A stretch of DNA of 64,000 nt from a virus (lineage: Duplodnaviria; Heunggongvirae; Uroviricota; Caudoviricetes). The notes under the pieces were generated by a model, which did no database searches, was not told where the DNA came from, and saw only the letters and a list, made by a program, of their open reading frames with translations. Below are positions 37,196 through 49,200 of this stretch, one piece after another. The position numbers and the translations under genes were made by a program. Location: IMG/VR virus record IMGVR_UViG_3300010162_000009. One strand, given 5' to 3'. The first letter of the stretch is position 1; each line of letters begins with the position of its first letter.

Positions 37196-38120
37196 GAGGA
37201 ATAAAACCATAATATTATCTGAATCGCAGATAGAAGAATATTCTAAACGCTGTGTTACAACCCCATTTGCACACAGCATTAGTAATCAAATTCTTTGTTA
37301 TAACACGTTTGAAATATTACCTATAATTTCAAATGAAATATTTGATTTGATAATAATCGATCCGCCATTTAATTTAAATAAGACTTTCAATGAATTGTCA
37401 TTTAAAAAAATGGGGTTTAACGATTATATAGAATATCTTAATTCATTTTTGAAGGATTGTGCAAGAATATTAAAACCTCATGGAACATTGTATTTGTGTG
37501 GTGATTGGAAATCATCATCTGCAATGCAAATAGCGTTATCTATGGCGAATCTTCACATTCAAAATAGAATAACATGGTCACGTGATAAGGGTCGTGGAAA
37601 CAAATCAAACTTCAAAAACAATATGGAGGATATATGGTTTGCAACAAAACACCAAACACAATATACCTTCAATGTTGAAAGTATTAAGATAAAGAAAAAG
37701 GTAATCGCACCATACAGAGACGCGGAAGGTAATAAAAGAGATTGGGAAAAAACCGAAGATGGTAAAAAATGGAGATTAACATATCCTTCAAATATTATTA
37801 CGAATTGTACCGTACCGTATTGGTCAATGGCAGAAAATACTGAACACCCAACACAAAAACCAGAAAAACTAATAGCAAAACTGATATTAGCATCTTCTAA
37901 TGAAGGTGATTTTGTTCTTGATCCATTCAATGGTTCAGGTACAACTACGGTAGTTGCATCAAAACTTGATAGAAGATATTGTGGTATCGAACTCGATAAA
38001 AAGTATTGCGCACTTGCACAATATAGATTGGAACGCGCACAAACAGATAAACGTATTCAAGGATATGATAGCGAAGAAAAATGTTTTTTAGAAAGAAATT
38101 ATAACGATAATAGGGCATGA
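37176..38120 (+). CDS. DNA methyltransferase, beta-class (motif IV DPPF precedes motif I FNGSGTT); probably N6-adenine.
   Basis: IIDPPF and DPFNGSGTT motifs. Confidence 0.85.
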   Translation: MYLIMSERNKTIILSESQIEEYSKRCVTTPFAHSISNQILCYNTFEILPIISNEIFDLIIIDPPFNLNKTFNELSFKKMGFNDYIEYLNSFLKDCARILKPHGTLYLCGDWKSSSAMQIALSMANLHIQNRITWSRDKGRGNKSNFKNNMEDIWFATKHQTQYTFNVESIKIKKKVIAPYRDAEGNKRDWEKTEDGKKWRLTYPSNIITNCTVPYWSMAENTEHPTQKPEKLIAKLILASSNEGDFVLDPFNGSGTTTVVASKLDRRYCGIELDKKYCALAQYRLERAQTDKRIQGYDSEEKCFLERNYNDNRA

Positions 38121-38276
38121 AAAGACTTTGTAAAGTAGTTTGCCGTAGTTGTAAAAAAAGATATGGTTCTGAAGATTTGTACAAACGTTGTAAATCTTGT
38201 GGTTGTGAAATCATTCTGAGATGGGAGGATGGTATTAAACCACCACCAAGAAGAAGAACTTTCGGAATGTCGTAAA
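38118..38276 (+). CDS. Small zinc-ribbon protein (~52 aa, CRSCKKRY...CKSCGC).
   Basis: Manual ORF; ATGA overlap with the methyltransferase. Confidence 0.3.
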
Positions 38277-38346
38277 ATTAACTACTGCAAACACTGTTAT
38301 TATCTAACTTTTTTACAGTTTACAATAGCATTTGCAATTGTTATTT

Positions 38347-39417
38347 TCACCTCCTAGAACCACCACTAGATGATGAAGATGTGGATGTAGAGGTTGTTGA
38401 ACTACTTCTACTACTTGTTGATGGTGCAGTGTAAGTACTACTAGAACTACTCCTGCTACTACTTGATGGTGTACTGTAACTTGGAGTAGAAGAACTTCTC
38501 GTACTATTAGTAGTACTACGTGCAGGTGTACTTGTTACTGTTGTATTTGAACGATTTGTATTTGTTGGTGTGGAATAAGTAGTCGAACTTCTATTACTAC
38601 TGGTAGTTGTACTAACATTTGTACGATTATTATTGTTTGGTGGTTGTACCGTTGTTGTTGTCGTTGTTGTTCGTGAACTTGTCGATGTGGTAGTTGGCGT
38701 ACTTCTGGTATATGTTTGTTGTGGTGTACGAGTGTACGTTGGTTGAGAACTAGTACTACGAGTTGAACTTACCGTTGTTGAAGTTGTGCGAGAACTACTA
38801 CTTGGTGTTGCCGTACTTCGTACCACTGTACTTGTTGAACTTGTTCTGGTAGGTGTATTATACCTACTCGAAGAATATAAAGGACTGCTGCTTCTACGAT
38901 TAACTGGTCCCGCTATTGTTGTCCTATTCGGATATGATCTCGGATAATAGTATACAGGATAGTATACTCTTGGATAATAATATGGGTAATAGTGGTGTGG
39001 ATAATAAAATCTAGGATGGTAGTATGGATAAAAGAATGGATCCCATGCGTATCTGTAATACCATGGGGTGTAATACCACGGATTATAATAACCAAAACTA
39101 AATGTTATTCCAATACCATTAAATCTATTGAATCTCGCAGCATACGAAAAATCATAATCGTAATTATTGTAGTAGTTGTTAGTTACATAAACATTGGTTT
39201 GTTGTGGTTGAGATTCTTGATACATTACGTATCTCTCGTAGTTACTCATTTCCCTTGCCGGTTCAGCGTAACTGTTTGCTGCGACATAAGATACTGAAGT
39301 AGTTCTGTTTGGATTGTAGTAAATATCATCGTCAAACTTGGATTGGGATATTAGTTTGTTGGATGAACATGCTGTCCCTATGACAACAATCGCTAAAAAT
39401 GTGATTATCTTTTTCAT
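38347..39417 (-). CDS. Lipoprotein with Tyr/Pro-rich repeats (YYPYYHPRFYYPHHYYPYYYPRVYYP) and a Ser/Thr-rich C-terminal half.
   Basis: Lipobox GTAC-S after the signal peptide; extreme compositional bias; ATAAATAG 17 bp upstream. Confidence 0.6.
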   Translation of the reverse strand: MKKIITFLAIVVIGTACSSNKLISQSKFDDDIYYNPNRTTSVSYVAANSYAEPAREMSNYERYVMYQESQPQQTNVYVTNNYYNNYDYDFSYAARFNRFNGIGITFSFGYYNPWYYTPWYYRYAWDPFFYPYYHPRFYYPHHYYPYYYPRVYYPVYYYPRSYPNRTTIAGPVNRRSSSPLYSSSRYNTPTRTSSTSTVVRSTATPSSSSRTTSTTVSSTRSTSSQPTYTRTPQQTYTRSTPTTTSTSSRTTTTTTTVQPPNNNNRTNVSTTTSSNRSSTTYSTPTNTNRSNTTVTSTPARSTTNSTRSSSTPSYSTPSSSSRSSSSSTYTAPSTSSRSSSTTSTSTSSSSSGGSRR

Positions 39418-39433
39418 GGCATTGGGGTTTTAT

Positions 39434-39441
39434 TATAAATA
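39434..39441 (-). promoter_or_regulatory. ATAAATAG motif upstream of 38347-39417.
   Basis: Exact motif. Confidence 0.45.
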
Positions 39442-39464
39442 GTAGAACAAAACCTATGCCAAAC

Positions 39465-39986
39465 TTACTGGTTTTCGTTTTGAATATCGCGAGCTCGTCT
39501 TACTTGTATTTGCCCATCATACGGACGACTACCACCCCCACTTTCCGGTTCATCCCTAGTTATGTTTAGACTACGCTCTAATACTTCCAATATCAGATTA
39601 CGCATTTCAGCGGCATTCATATTATTTTTAGATATTTCATATATTTCTCTAACAATAATATTTTGACTTTGCATTGCCTGTATCTTGATCAGTGAAACCA
39701 CATTATCACTTGAAACAGTTAATTCGGCAATTATAGAATCGTTGAAACGTATCTGGTTACTCCAGTACGTATTCATTGATTGTTCATGTTCTCTCAAGAA
39801 ATCACCTAACTTATGTATTTCAATTATAATTTTTTCATCAACTCCCTTTTCATTGATGTAAATATAACTGGCAGACGACAAAGCAATGGTTACACTAATA
39901 AAAAAGAATACCATGGTACTCTTCGGAACACCTATTATCCAGTTCCAAGCACTGGGTATTAAATCTAAAATTTTATCTATTGCCAT
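39465..39986 (-). CDS. Membrane-anchored hypothetical protein, 173 aa.
   Basis: ORF track; N-terminal TM segment. Confidence 0.5.
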   Translation of the reverse strand: MAIDKILDLIPSAWNWIIGVPKSTMVFFFISVTIALSSASYIYINEKGVDEKIIIEIHKLGDFLREHEQSMNTYWSNQIRFNDSIIAELTVSSDNVVSLIKIQAMQSQNIIVREIYEISKNNMNAAEMRNLILEVLERSLNITRDEPESGGGSRPYDGQIQVRRARDIQNENQ

Positions 39987-40042
39987 AATTTTGTATATGT
40001 TAAATTTGTTAAAAAATTAAAATGATTGTCATTTTATATACA

Positions 40043-40050
40043 TAAATAGT
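40043..40050 (-). promoter_or_regulatory. ATAAATAG motif 57 bp upstream of 39465-39986.
   Basis: Exact motif. Confidence 0.35.
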
Positions 40051-40086
40051 TATAAAAACAATCAATTTTTAAAAAAATGGGGTAGA

Positions 40087-40875
40087 TTAAGAAAAATTTA
40101 CCCGCTGTAGTGTTATTTGAACATATTCTTCTGATATATCCATACCAATATATTTTCGATTGTTTAGTTTTGCCATTTTACATGTTGTTCCCGCGCCACA
40201 CATTGGGTCGAATACTAAATCACCCTCATTGGTCCACGATAAAATATGATCTTCTGCTAATTTTTCCGGAAATATTGCCGGGTGTTTGAATGCAATTTTA
40301 TCTCTAGTTGAACCACCTAATCCCACAGCATATTCCCATATGTTTGTTAATGTTTTTTCCTTTTTAAGTTCAGCAGTTACTTTATTATTAACACCATCCG
40401 CTTTCTTATTAGCAACCAACTTCTCAACACCATGTCTTACCGTTTTTGTTTTAATAGGATTGAATGTCTTCGGGGAACCTTTCGATAAAATGAACATAAA
40501 TTCATGACAATTAGTATATGCGTTTGACCTCATGAAAGGGGTGTTTTTCTTTTTATAAATCATTATGTCGTGAACATTGAAACCTATTTCCTGAAAGAAT
40601 AAACATTGCTTAAAACTTGTTAAACTACGATTTCCATTGGTTATTTTATCACCAACCACCCACACAACAACACCACCAATTTTCACAACACGATACAATC
40701 CTTTGGCAATATTCTCAAAGTCAAAATCATATCCAGAATATGATCTGAGATTATCATATGGCGGACTCGTTACTACTAAATCAACCGTTTCGCTTGGAAT
40801 GGTTTTCATACCAACAAGACAATCAACATTGTAAATGTTATTTTCATCAACGTATACAATATTATTAGATAACAT
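40087..40875 (-). CDS. DNA methyltransferase, beta-class with an SPPY motif IV (N4-cytosine or N6-adenine).
   Basis: VVTSPPYDNLRSY and DPMCGAGTT motifs. Confidence 0.85.
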   Translation of the reverse strand: MLSNNIVYVDENNIYNVDCLVGMKTIPSETVDLVVTSPPYDNLRSYSGYDFDFENIAKGLYRVVKIGGVVVWVVGDKITNGNRSLTSFKQCLFFQEIGFNVHDIMIYKKKNTPFMRSNAYTNCHEFMFILSKGSPKTFNPIKTKTVRHGVEKLVANKKADGVNNKVTAELKKEKTLTNIWEYAVGLGGSTRDKIAFKHPAIFPEKLAEDHILSWTNEGDLVFDPMCGAGTTCKMAKLNNRKYIGMDISEEYVQITLQRVNFS

Positions 40876-41251
40876 GATCTTCTGAAATATTTAAGAGTTT
40901 TACATTTTCTTTAATTAATCCTTCCATAAATTTTTTCAAATATTTCAAACCATCTTCTGCATTAGGGTTTGAATAAAGAGAACAACCCTCATTTTCTTCA
41001 GAACGATCTTTCCAATAATAACTGTTATTCGATTCGCGACTTTTGATTATACTATCATAATAGTTATCTTTACCTGCAAGAATTGATAACTTCAAAATAT
41101 CATCTATTTTAACAGGCATATATTGAAGAACATATATACTTTCTGTCTTGTCTGTTCCTATGACAAATGTTCTTTTTATTATTCGGAAACACTCCTCAAT
41201 CCCTTTAATTTTCTTCTTATCTTCTTCTGAAATTGTTATAACTCTGTCCAT
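40865..41251 (-). CDS. Hypothetical protein, 128 aa.
   Basis: ORF track. Confidence 0.45.
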   Translation of the reverse strand: MDRVITISEEDKKKIKGIEECFRIIKRTFVIGTDKTESIYVLQYMPVKIDDILKLSILAGKDNYYDSIIKSRESNNSYYWKDRSEENEGCSLYSNPNAEDGLKYLKKFMEGLIKENVKLLNISEDHVI

Positions 41252-41331
41252 ATTATGTCCTGATTAAATAATCAACTATCTGATTTATAATAATATTTAT
41301 ATTTTATTCTGTCCAAATTCTGTCCTGATTC

Positions 41332-41643
41332 CTATCTCCAAAATGTCTTGAAACCATTTTCATCAATTATCATGTATTCACCCCAACGATAGGCACACTC
41401 AGTCCAATAAGTACGTTCCCTCCTGTGCTTCATTTTATTTTTTTGCATCCACTGCCTATGGTGTTTATGGATAACATCTTCTGGTCTTTCAGCGGTTAGA
41501 ATTTCATCTATAATACCATCATTGGTACTATCCAAATCAAATCCAAACAAACCAATACATTCACGTAACTTGTACGTTTTGTAATTTGCAACACGTTTGC
41601 GCAAATTTCTATATTTTATTTTTCGACAATATTTTCGTAACAT
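41332..41643 (-). CDS. Hypothetical basic protein, 103 aa.
   Basis: ORF track. Confidence 0.45.
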   Translation of the reverse strand: MLRKYCRKIKYRNLRKRVANYKTYKLRECIGLFGFDLDSTNDGIIDEILTAERPEDVIHKHHRQWMQKNKMKHRRERTYWTECAYRWGEYMIIDENGFKTFWR

Positions 41644-41649
41644 CTTATT

Positions 41650-41868
41650 TTAAAATATTTTGTGAAGACTAGTTTGATAACATTTGACAACTTCAAATGG
41701 ATCATCGGAACAAATTTTAGCACTGCTTAATGCACTCTCTTCAGTAGCGTAAAATGTGATCGACATCAATGTTCGACCATAATCATTTTTTAGATCAACC
41801 CACTCTTTACCCTGCTCATTCCATAGATAACCGGAAATAACGTGCCTTATTACAAATGAACTTCTCAT
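41650..41868 (-). CDS. Hypothetical protein, 72 aa.
   Basis: ORF track. Confidence 0.35.
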   Translation of the reverse strand: MRSSFVIRHVISGYLWNEQGKEWVDLKNDYGRTLMSITFYATEESALSSAKICSDDPFEVVKCYQTSLHKIF

Positions 41869-42227
41869 CTCGTTAAATGTAATGCTTTAAACCAATTATA
41901 AATACCATTATATTCATATAACCATTTACCAGTCAAAATGAATTTAAATGGTATTGATACGAACATTAATAATAGTAGGATGAATGCTAGTGGGAATGTT
42001 AGGCGCAACCAAAATTTTACGGGTTTAACAGCAACTTCGTAAAATTCCATTTGTGGTTTGGTTGTCATCAGATAATGTTTCATCATTTCAGAATCAACAT
42101 TTTTCAATTCTGGAATACTATTCTTCAAAATACTTGAAGCATACCAATAATCTATTTTTCTTTTTCTCCTATACATAAAAAAAACGTTTACTTTCTTCAA
42201 ATAAACGTTTTTTATATCAAATTTCAA
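41865..42227 (-). CDS. Membrane protein, 120 aa.
   Basis: ORF track; TM segment. Confidence 0.4.
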   Translation of the reverse strand: MKFDIKNVYLKKVNVFFMYRRKRKIDYWYASSILKNSIPELKNVDSEMMKHYLMTTKPQMEFYEVAVKPVKFWLRLTFPLAFILLLLMFVSIPFKFILTGKWLYEYNGIYNWFKALHLTR

Positions 42228-42235
42228 AGAAATGG

Positions 42236-42646
42236 TTAGTTATACATTTTGAATACATATTTTATCCAACCATACCATTTTCTTTCTTTACCATAATTAA
42301 GGTTTTCTGAATTGTAATACGCTTCTTGTTCAAATGAAATAGATTTGTACGCCACGTTATCACCTTTTCTTCTCGTGATAACAACAACAAGAAGTTTTAC
42401 TAACCATTCCAAAAAATACCATAGATAATATGGTAAAATAAGCATTTCTTTTGCTTGCATCGTATGAATCATTTCATGACGAATAGTATTGTCAGATATT
42501 CGTTTCATACTGTTTGACATACGTGTATATGTGGGAAATGGATAAAGATTTATTGCCGAAAACCCCTGTGGAGGTATCATACCAGCAGGATTTTCAACCA
42601 AAGTTAGTTTCATTCCATACGCTTCTCTTTTAAATTTTTGTTTCAT
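42236..42646 (-). CDS. Putative HExxH zinc metallopeptidase-like protein, 136 aa.
   Basis: HEMIH motif (IRHEMIHTMQA). Confidence 0.4.
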   Translation of the reverse strand: MKQKFKREAYGMKLTLVENPAGMIPPQGFSAINLYPFPTYTRMSNSMKRISDNTIRHEMIHTMQAKEMLILPYYLWYFLEWLVKLLVVVITRRKGDNVAYKSISFEQEAYYNSENLNYGKERKWYGWIKYVFKMYN

Positions 42647-42650
42647 AATT

Positions 42651-43223
42651 TTAGAAATTAAAAAAGTAGTATAATACGATATATAAACTAATGAAGCATA
42701 TCATTTCTGCAAAAAATACAATAGCGTTTCTTTCTGGTTTTCCTTTTAAATTCTCACGAGTTCTACCACCACAATACAATCCACACATTATGAAAAATAT
42801 TGCAAGCGGTACTATGATATAGGAAATAGGAGAATACATCAATATCCAAATAACACACCCGGCAGCACTAACCAATGCTAGACTACAATGTATGATAAAT
42901 TTGTATTTCGCATCCTTGAAATCACCTGCTATCCCTACTCCTACTAACCCGAGCGCGGTCAAATACGCGAGGAGTTGTCCTGACATATCATTCGCATTTA
43001 AATGATATAACCATACTATTAATAATGGTATGGCGGTTAAAGAACACATTAAATACCAAAGTAAGTGCCCTACCTTGCGGTGGTTTACAAGATATCTGGT
43101 TTCAGATAATGAAACCGGAATACCACCCGTCTTGTGCAAGAGAACCCAAGTCCACCCAAATAGCACAAGGAAACTTATATAAAATAAGTATGATAATTCA
43201 AAATTTGTTGTTAAAAATTCCAT
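42651..43223 (-). CDS. Polytopic membrane protein, 190 aa.
   Basis: About five hydrophobic segments. Confidence 0.5.
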   Translation of the reverse strand: MEFLTTNFELSYLFYISFLVLFGWTWVLLHKTGGIPVSLSETRYLVNHRKVGHLLWYLMCSLTAIPLLIVWLYHLNANDMSGQLLAYLTALGLVGVGIAGDFKDAKYKFIIHCSLALVSAAGCVIWILMYSPISYIIVPLAIFFIMCGLYCGGRTRENLKGKPERNAIVFFAEMICFISLYIVLYYFFNF

Positions 43224-43234
43224 CTTTTTTCTTA

Positions 43235-46200
43235 CTATTGAGAATCATTTCCTAAATAAATAGCACCATCCTTATCTACCGTAAATCCTGGTCCTAACTT
43301 AATCTTAATGGAATCACCTAAAGCTAACACTGGAAGAGAGATGGTGAAAATATCAAGGGTGGTACCGCTACTTCGTGGCATATATAACTTTCCATTGTAA
43401 ATTTGACTTGTGTTTCGAGTTATATTTGCAGGAATTGTTGTCGTGCGAGTAGTTTCTGTTACCAAATCAAAAATCTCAAGGGTGGCACCACCACCACTTT
43501 GTGGCATATATAACTTTCCGTTGAAAATTTGACACGTAAAACGCTGCATATGTGTAGGAAGTGTTACCGTGCGAGTGGTTTCTTCTTCCAAATCAAAAAT
43601 ATCAAGTGCGCTGCCACTATGTTGTGGCATATATAACTTTCCGTTGAAAATCTGACTTATCCATCGCTGCCTACTTGCAGGAAGCGTTATCGCACGACCA
43701 GTTTCCGTCACCAAATCAAAAATCTCAATGGTGGCACCACCACCACCTTGTAGCATATATAACTTTCCGTTGAAAATCTGACTTGTGTATCGCCACATAT
43801 TTGTAGGAAGTGTTACCGTGCGAGTAGTCTCTGTTACCAAATCAAAAATCTCAAGGGTGGTACCACCAGTTCCTGGTATATATAACTTTTCGTTGAAAAT
43901 TTGACTTGTGTCTCGTTCCATATCTGTAGGAAGCGTTACCGTGCGAGTTGTTTCCCTAACCAAATCAAAAATCTCAAGGGTGGTACCACCAGTTCCTGGT
44001 ATATATAACTTTTCGTTGAAAATTTGACTTGTTTTTCTACCCATATTGGGAACTGTTACCGTGCGAGTGGTTTCAGTTACCAAATCAAAAATATCAAGGG
44101 TAGTATTCCAATCACTTGGTATATATAACTTTCCGTTGAAAATTTGACTTGTTTGTCTCTGCATATTTGTAGGAAGTGTTACCGTGCGAGTAGTTTCTTC
44201 TCCATTGGTAATTTTAATATTTGGATAAGCAGGAAACCTTATTTCATTATTAACTTTTTCAACCTCTTGTCCACCAAGCATAATTTTCGGAATATCAGGA
44301 TATACCGGAAGGATAAACTCATTACCAACCTTCTCTACCGGAATACCTAAATCAAAAATCTCAAGAGCGGTACCACCATCTTGCGGCATATATAACTTTC
44401 CGTTGAAAAATTGACATGTAGCCTTCCATACAGATGTAGAAAGTGTTGCTGTGTATTCTTCTTCTGTTACCAAATCAAAAATCTCAAGGATATTACCACC
44501 ATCTGGTATATATAACTTTCCGTCGAAAATATGACTTGTTTGTCGTCCCATGTTTGTAGGAAGTTCTACCATGCGAGTAGTCTCTGACACCAAATCAAAA
44601 ATCTCAAGGGCGGTGCCATTATGTTGTGGTAGATATAACTTTCCGTTGAAAATCTGACTTGTTTGTCTCTGCATATTTGTAGGAAGTGTTACCGTGCGAG
44701 TGGTTTCCGCTATCAAATCAAAAATCTCAAGGGTATTACTACCATCTCGTGGCATATATAACTTTCCGTTGAAAATTTGACTTGTTCTTCGCCACATATT
44801 TGTAGGAAGTGTTACCGTGCGAGTAGTCTCTGTTACCAAATCAAAAATCTCAAGGGTGGTACCACTATATTGTGGTAGATATAACTTTCCGTTGAAAATC
44901 TGACTTGTTTGTCTCTGCATATTTGTAGGAAGTGTTACCGTGCGAGTAGTTTCAGTTACCAAATCAAAAATTTCGAGAGTGGTACCATTATCTCGTGGCA
45001 TATATAACTTTCTGTTGAAAATTTGGTTTGTTATTCGCCCCATACTTGTAGGAAGTGTAACCGTGCGAGTGGTTTCTGTAACCAAATCAAAAATCTCAAG
45101 GGTGGTATTCCAATTCCCAGACATATATAAATTTCCGTTGAAAATTTGACTAGTACGTCTCTGCATATTTGTAGGAAGTGTTACCGGGCGACCAGTTTCT
45201 GTACCAATTTTTACAGATGTATAAGGTGGAAATACTAATTTATCTCCTATCTTTTTTACATTATTTCCTACAATGTTAAAAATTTCAAGGTTTTTCCCAA
45301 AATTTTCTGGTATATATATTTTCTCATCGAAAATTTGAATTATACTTCGTTGCATGTTTCTAGAAAATCTTACCACGTGAGTAGTTTCTGTTACCAAATC
45401 AAAGATCTCGAGGATGGAATTCCCTGCCATATATAACTTTCCCTTGTAGATTTGACTTCCAGGACGATTCATGTTTGTAGGAAGTGTTACCGTGCGAGTA
45501 GTTTCTGTTACCAAATCAAAGATCTCGAGGGTTGTACCTTGCTCCTGTGGTATATATAACTTATCATCATAAATTTGACTTGTGTATCGCAGCATATCTG
45601 TAGGTAGTTCTACTGTTCGCATTTCTTCAGTGGTTAAATCAAATATTTCCATAGTTGTATAACCAGAACTTGGTATATATAATTTACCATCGTATAGTTG
45701 CCCAGTATATCTCAACACATCTGTTGGAAGGGTAATATATCGCGTTTCCTCGGTATTTAAATCAACAACTTCAAGTTTCACACCAGAACTTTCCGGTATA
45801 TATAACTTTTCGTTATATAAAAAACTTGTTAGTTTATTTGTCATCATGTCACTCAAACTAGGGAGTCCAATCATACTCACTTCTTCAGTTTTTAAATCAA
45901 ATACTTCAATCATTTGGTACATAACTGAAGGTATATATAACTTATCATTATAAATATGACTTGTAAGTCTTCCTATAGTTCCATTAAGATCTACTGTTCG
46001 CATTGTTTTAGAACTTAAATCAAATATTTCGAGAACAACACTACATAGTAAATATAATTTACCATTGTAAATTTGACTACCCAATCTCTGAAATTCAGTA
46101 GGAAGTTCTATTGTTTCTATTATTTCTATACTTTCTTCTCCAATACTAGCGAATTGTACTGCCGTGTCAATTTTCTCTAATTTTGCTTCATCTATTTCCG

Positions 46201-49200
46201 GAACTTTTGGATAAGGGGGGAAATATAACACATCACCCACTTTTTCTACTTCAATGTTAATATCATAAACCTCTAAATTTCCTTCACCTAAATTTTCTGG
46301 TATATATAATTTTCCTTCGTGAATATGAAATGAACTATCTCTATATGAATCTACTGGAAGTGTTACCACACGAGTTTTTTCAGTAGCAAAATCAAATATT
46401 TCAAGATTTGAACCATAACCACTTGGTATGTATAATTTTCCATTTAAAATGTTACATATAAAACGATCTGTTAAAATAGGAAGTTTTATTGTACGGATTT
46501 CTTCTGTGGTTAAATCAAAAATAACCATGTTTGTACCATTATTTTCTGGAACATATAACTTTCCATTATAAATTTTAAAAGTTTCATAGGTTATATTCGT
46601 AGGTAGTGTTACATATCGCACCTCCTCAGTAGTTAAATCAAAAATTTCAACGGTTTTATCATTCGATTCACCGCTCATCATATATAATTTTCCATCAAAA
46701 ATTTGAGATGTGTTTAACATATGTTTAACCATGGTAAGCGATACTGTGCGTGTTTCCTCTGTAGTTAAATCAAATATATCAAGACCATTATTATTACTTC
46801 GACGTATATATAACTTTCCGTTGAAAATTTGACTTGTCCTTCTAGAATTCCAACCATCAGGTAATGATACTGTGCGTGTAGTTTCAGTTACAAAATCAAA
46901 AATTTCAATAATATTCTGATTCAGACCTAACATATACAATTTATCATCATAAATTTGACTTGTTGCGCGTCCCATATCACTTGTAGGAAGTGATATGTTG
47001 TAAAATTCTTTGGTTTTTATATCAAATATATCCATTCTTGTACCCCAACCTTCAGGTATATACAACTTTTCGTTATAAATTTGACTTGTAAAACGGTTTA
47101 AAACAACAGGTATCTTGAATATTTCAGTATTATCTTTACCAATAAATGCGGTTATTTCCGGATAAGCAGGAAATACCAATTCCGTTCCATTTTTTTCTAT
47201 TGATGTGGTAATACTAAATATTTCAAGGGTGTTACCATTACCTTGTGGCATATATAACTTTCCGTTGAAAATATGACTTGTATGTCGCTGCATACTTGTA
47301 GGAAGCATTACCGTGCGAGTGGTCTCTGACACCAAATCAAAAATCTCAAGGGTGTTACCATTGTCTTGTGGTATATATAACTTTCCGTTGAAAATTTGAC
47401 TTGTAGAACGAGTCATAGATGATGTAGGAAGTGTTACCGTGTGGGTGGTTTCTGCCGTTAAATCAAAGATTTCGAGGGTTGTATTCCAATCTCCAGGTAT
47501 ATATAACTTTCCGTTATAAATTTGACTTGTACGTCGCTGCATACTTGTAGGAAGTATTACCGTGCGAGTGGTCTCTGACACCAAATCAAAAATCTCAAGG
47601 GTGTTACCATTCCATTGCGGCATATATAACTTTCCGTTGTAAATTTGACTTGTGATTCGCTCCATACTTGTAGGAAGTGCTACCGTGCGAGTAGTTTCCG
47701 TCAGAAAATCAAAAATCTCAAGGGTAGCACTACCACTTCCTAGTATATATAACTTTCCGTTGAAAATTTGGCTTGTTCTTCGCCACATATTTGTAGGAAG
47801 TGTTACCGTGCGAGTGGTCTCTGACACCAAATCAAAAATCTCAAGGGTAGCACTACCACTTCCTGGTATATATAACTTTCCGTTGAAAATTTGACTTATT
47901 AGTCGAGACATATTTGTAGTAGGAAGTGTTACTATACTTCTTTTACTTGTTAAATCAAATATTTCAATATTATTATATGTTGGTATATATAACTTTCCGT
48001 TATAAATCTGAGTTGCTGATCCCATTTCAATGGAATTTACCTCTATTGTTTCTATTTCTTCTTTAGAATATATAACCGCTGATTGTATAGAACTATCTGA
48101 TTTATTTCCTTGATCAGCGGTAGCAAACTGTGTTGTATCAATTTCCTCATAAGCAGGTAATTTAAATATAATATTAGTATCTGCAGTAGCAAGAGTTATA
48201 ATTTCAAGTGTATCATCCAAAGAAGGTGGTATATATAATTTTCCATTGTAAATTTGGCTAGTATATCTACCTATATCCGCCGGAAGTGTTTCAACATGTA
48301 CCTCTTCCGTTGCTAAATCAAATACTTCAAGTGTAGTATACCAATCTTGTGGTATATATAATTTTCCATTAAAAATTTGACTTGTGTATCGTTCAACATT
48401 AGAAAGAATAGGTAATACACGAGTAATTTCAGTGGCAAAATTAAAAATTTCAATGTTTACATTATTAGGACCTACCATATATAAATTTCCATTGTAAATT
48501 TGGCTAGTTGGTCTATCCATACTTGTTGGAAGCGTTACTGTACGAGTTGTTTCTGTAGTCAAATTAAAAATTTCAAGAGTGGTACCTCCGAATTCTGGCA
48601 TATATAATTCTCCATAGTAAATTTGACTAGTGCGTCTCTGCATACCTGTAGAAAGTGTTACTGTACGAGTTGTTTCTGTAGTTAAATCAAAAATCTCAAG
48701 GGTTGTGTCAACCCCACCCATCATATACAACTTCCCATCATAAATTTGACTCTCATATCTATTAGCTGGTTGTAGTGTTACTGTACGAGTTGTTTCTGTA
48801 GTTAAATCAAAAATCTCAAGGGTTGTTCCACTATGCTCCGGTAAATAAAGATTCCCATTATAAATTTGACTTGTAAAACGCATCATATTTGTTGGAAGTG
48901 TTACCGTGCGAGTAGTTTTTGTAGTTAAATCAAAAATATCAAGGGTATCACCGCTATCTTCTGGTATATATAATTTCCCATTATAAATTTGATTTGTACG
49001 ACGGGTCACGCTAGAAGGAAGTATTTCAGTATCAGTTATTAAATCTTCAAGTGAAATCCATTCACTGTTAGTTATTTTTTGAACAGGTTCATCACCAAGC
49101 ATTATTTCTATTTCAGGTACTTCAGGGTATTCAGGTAATTGTAATTCTGTACCAACTTTTGGGACAAATTCACCCCCAATACTTATTGTCTGAACAGCGG

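Noticed and set aside
43300-49100. Possible CRISPR-like array or diversity-generating retroelement, given the dense regular repeats in a fibre gene.
   Set aside because: The repeats are in-frame coding units without spacers. No reverse transcriptase (no YxDD-containing ORF) or template/variable repeat pair with adenine-specific differences is present in the window.
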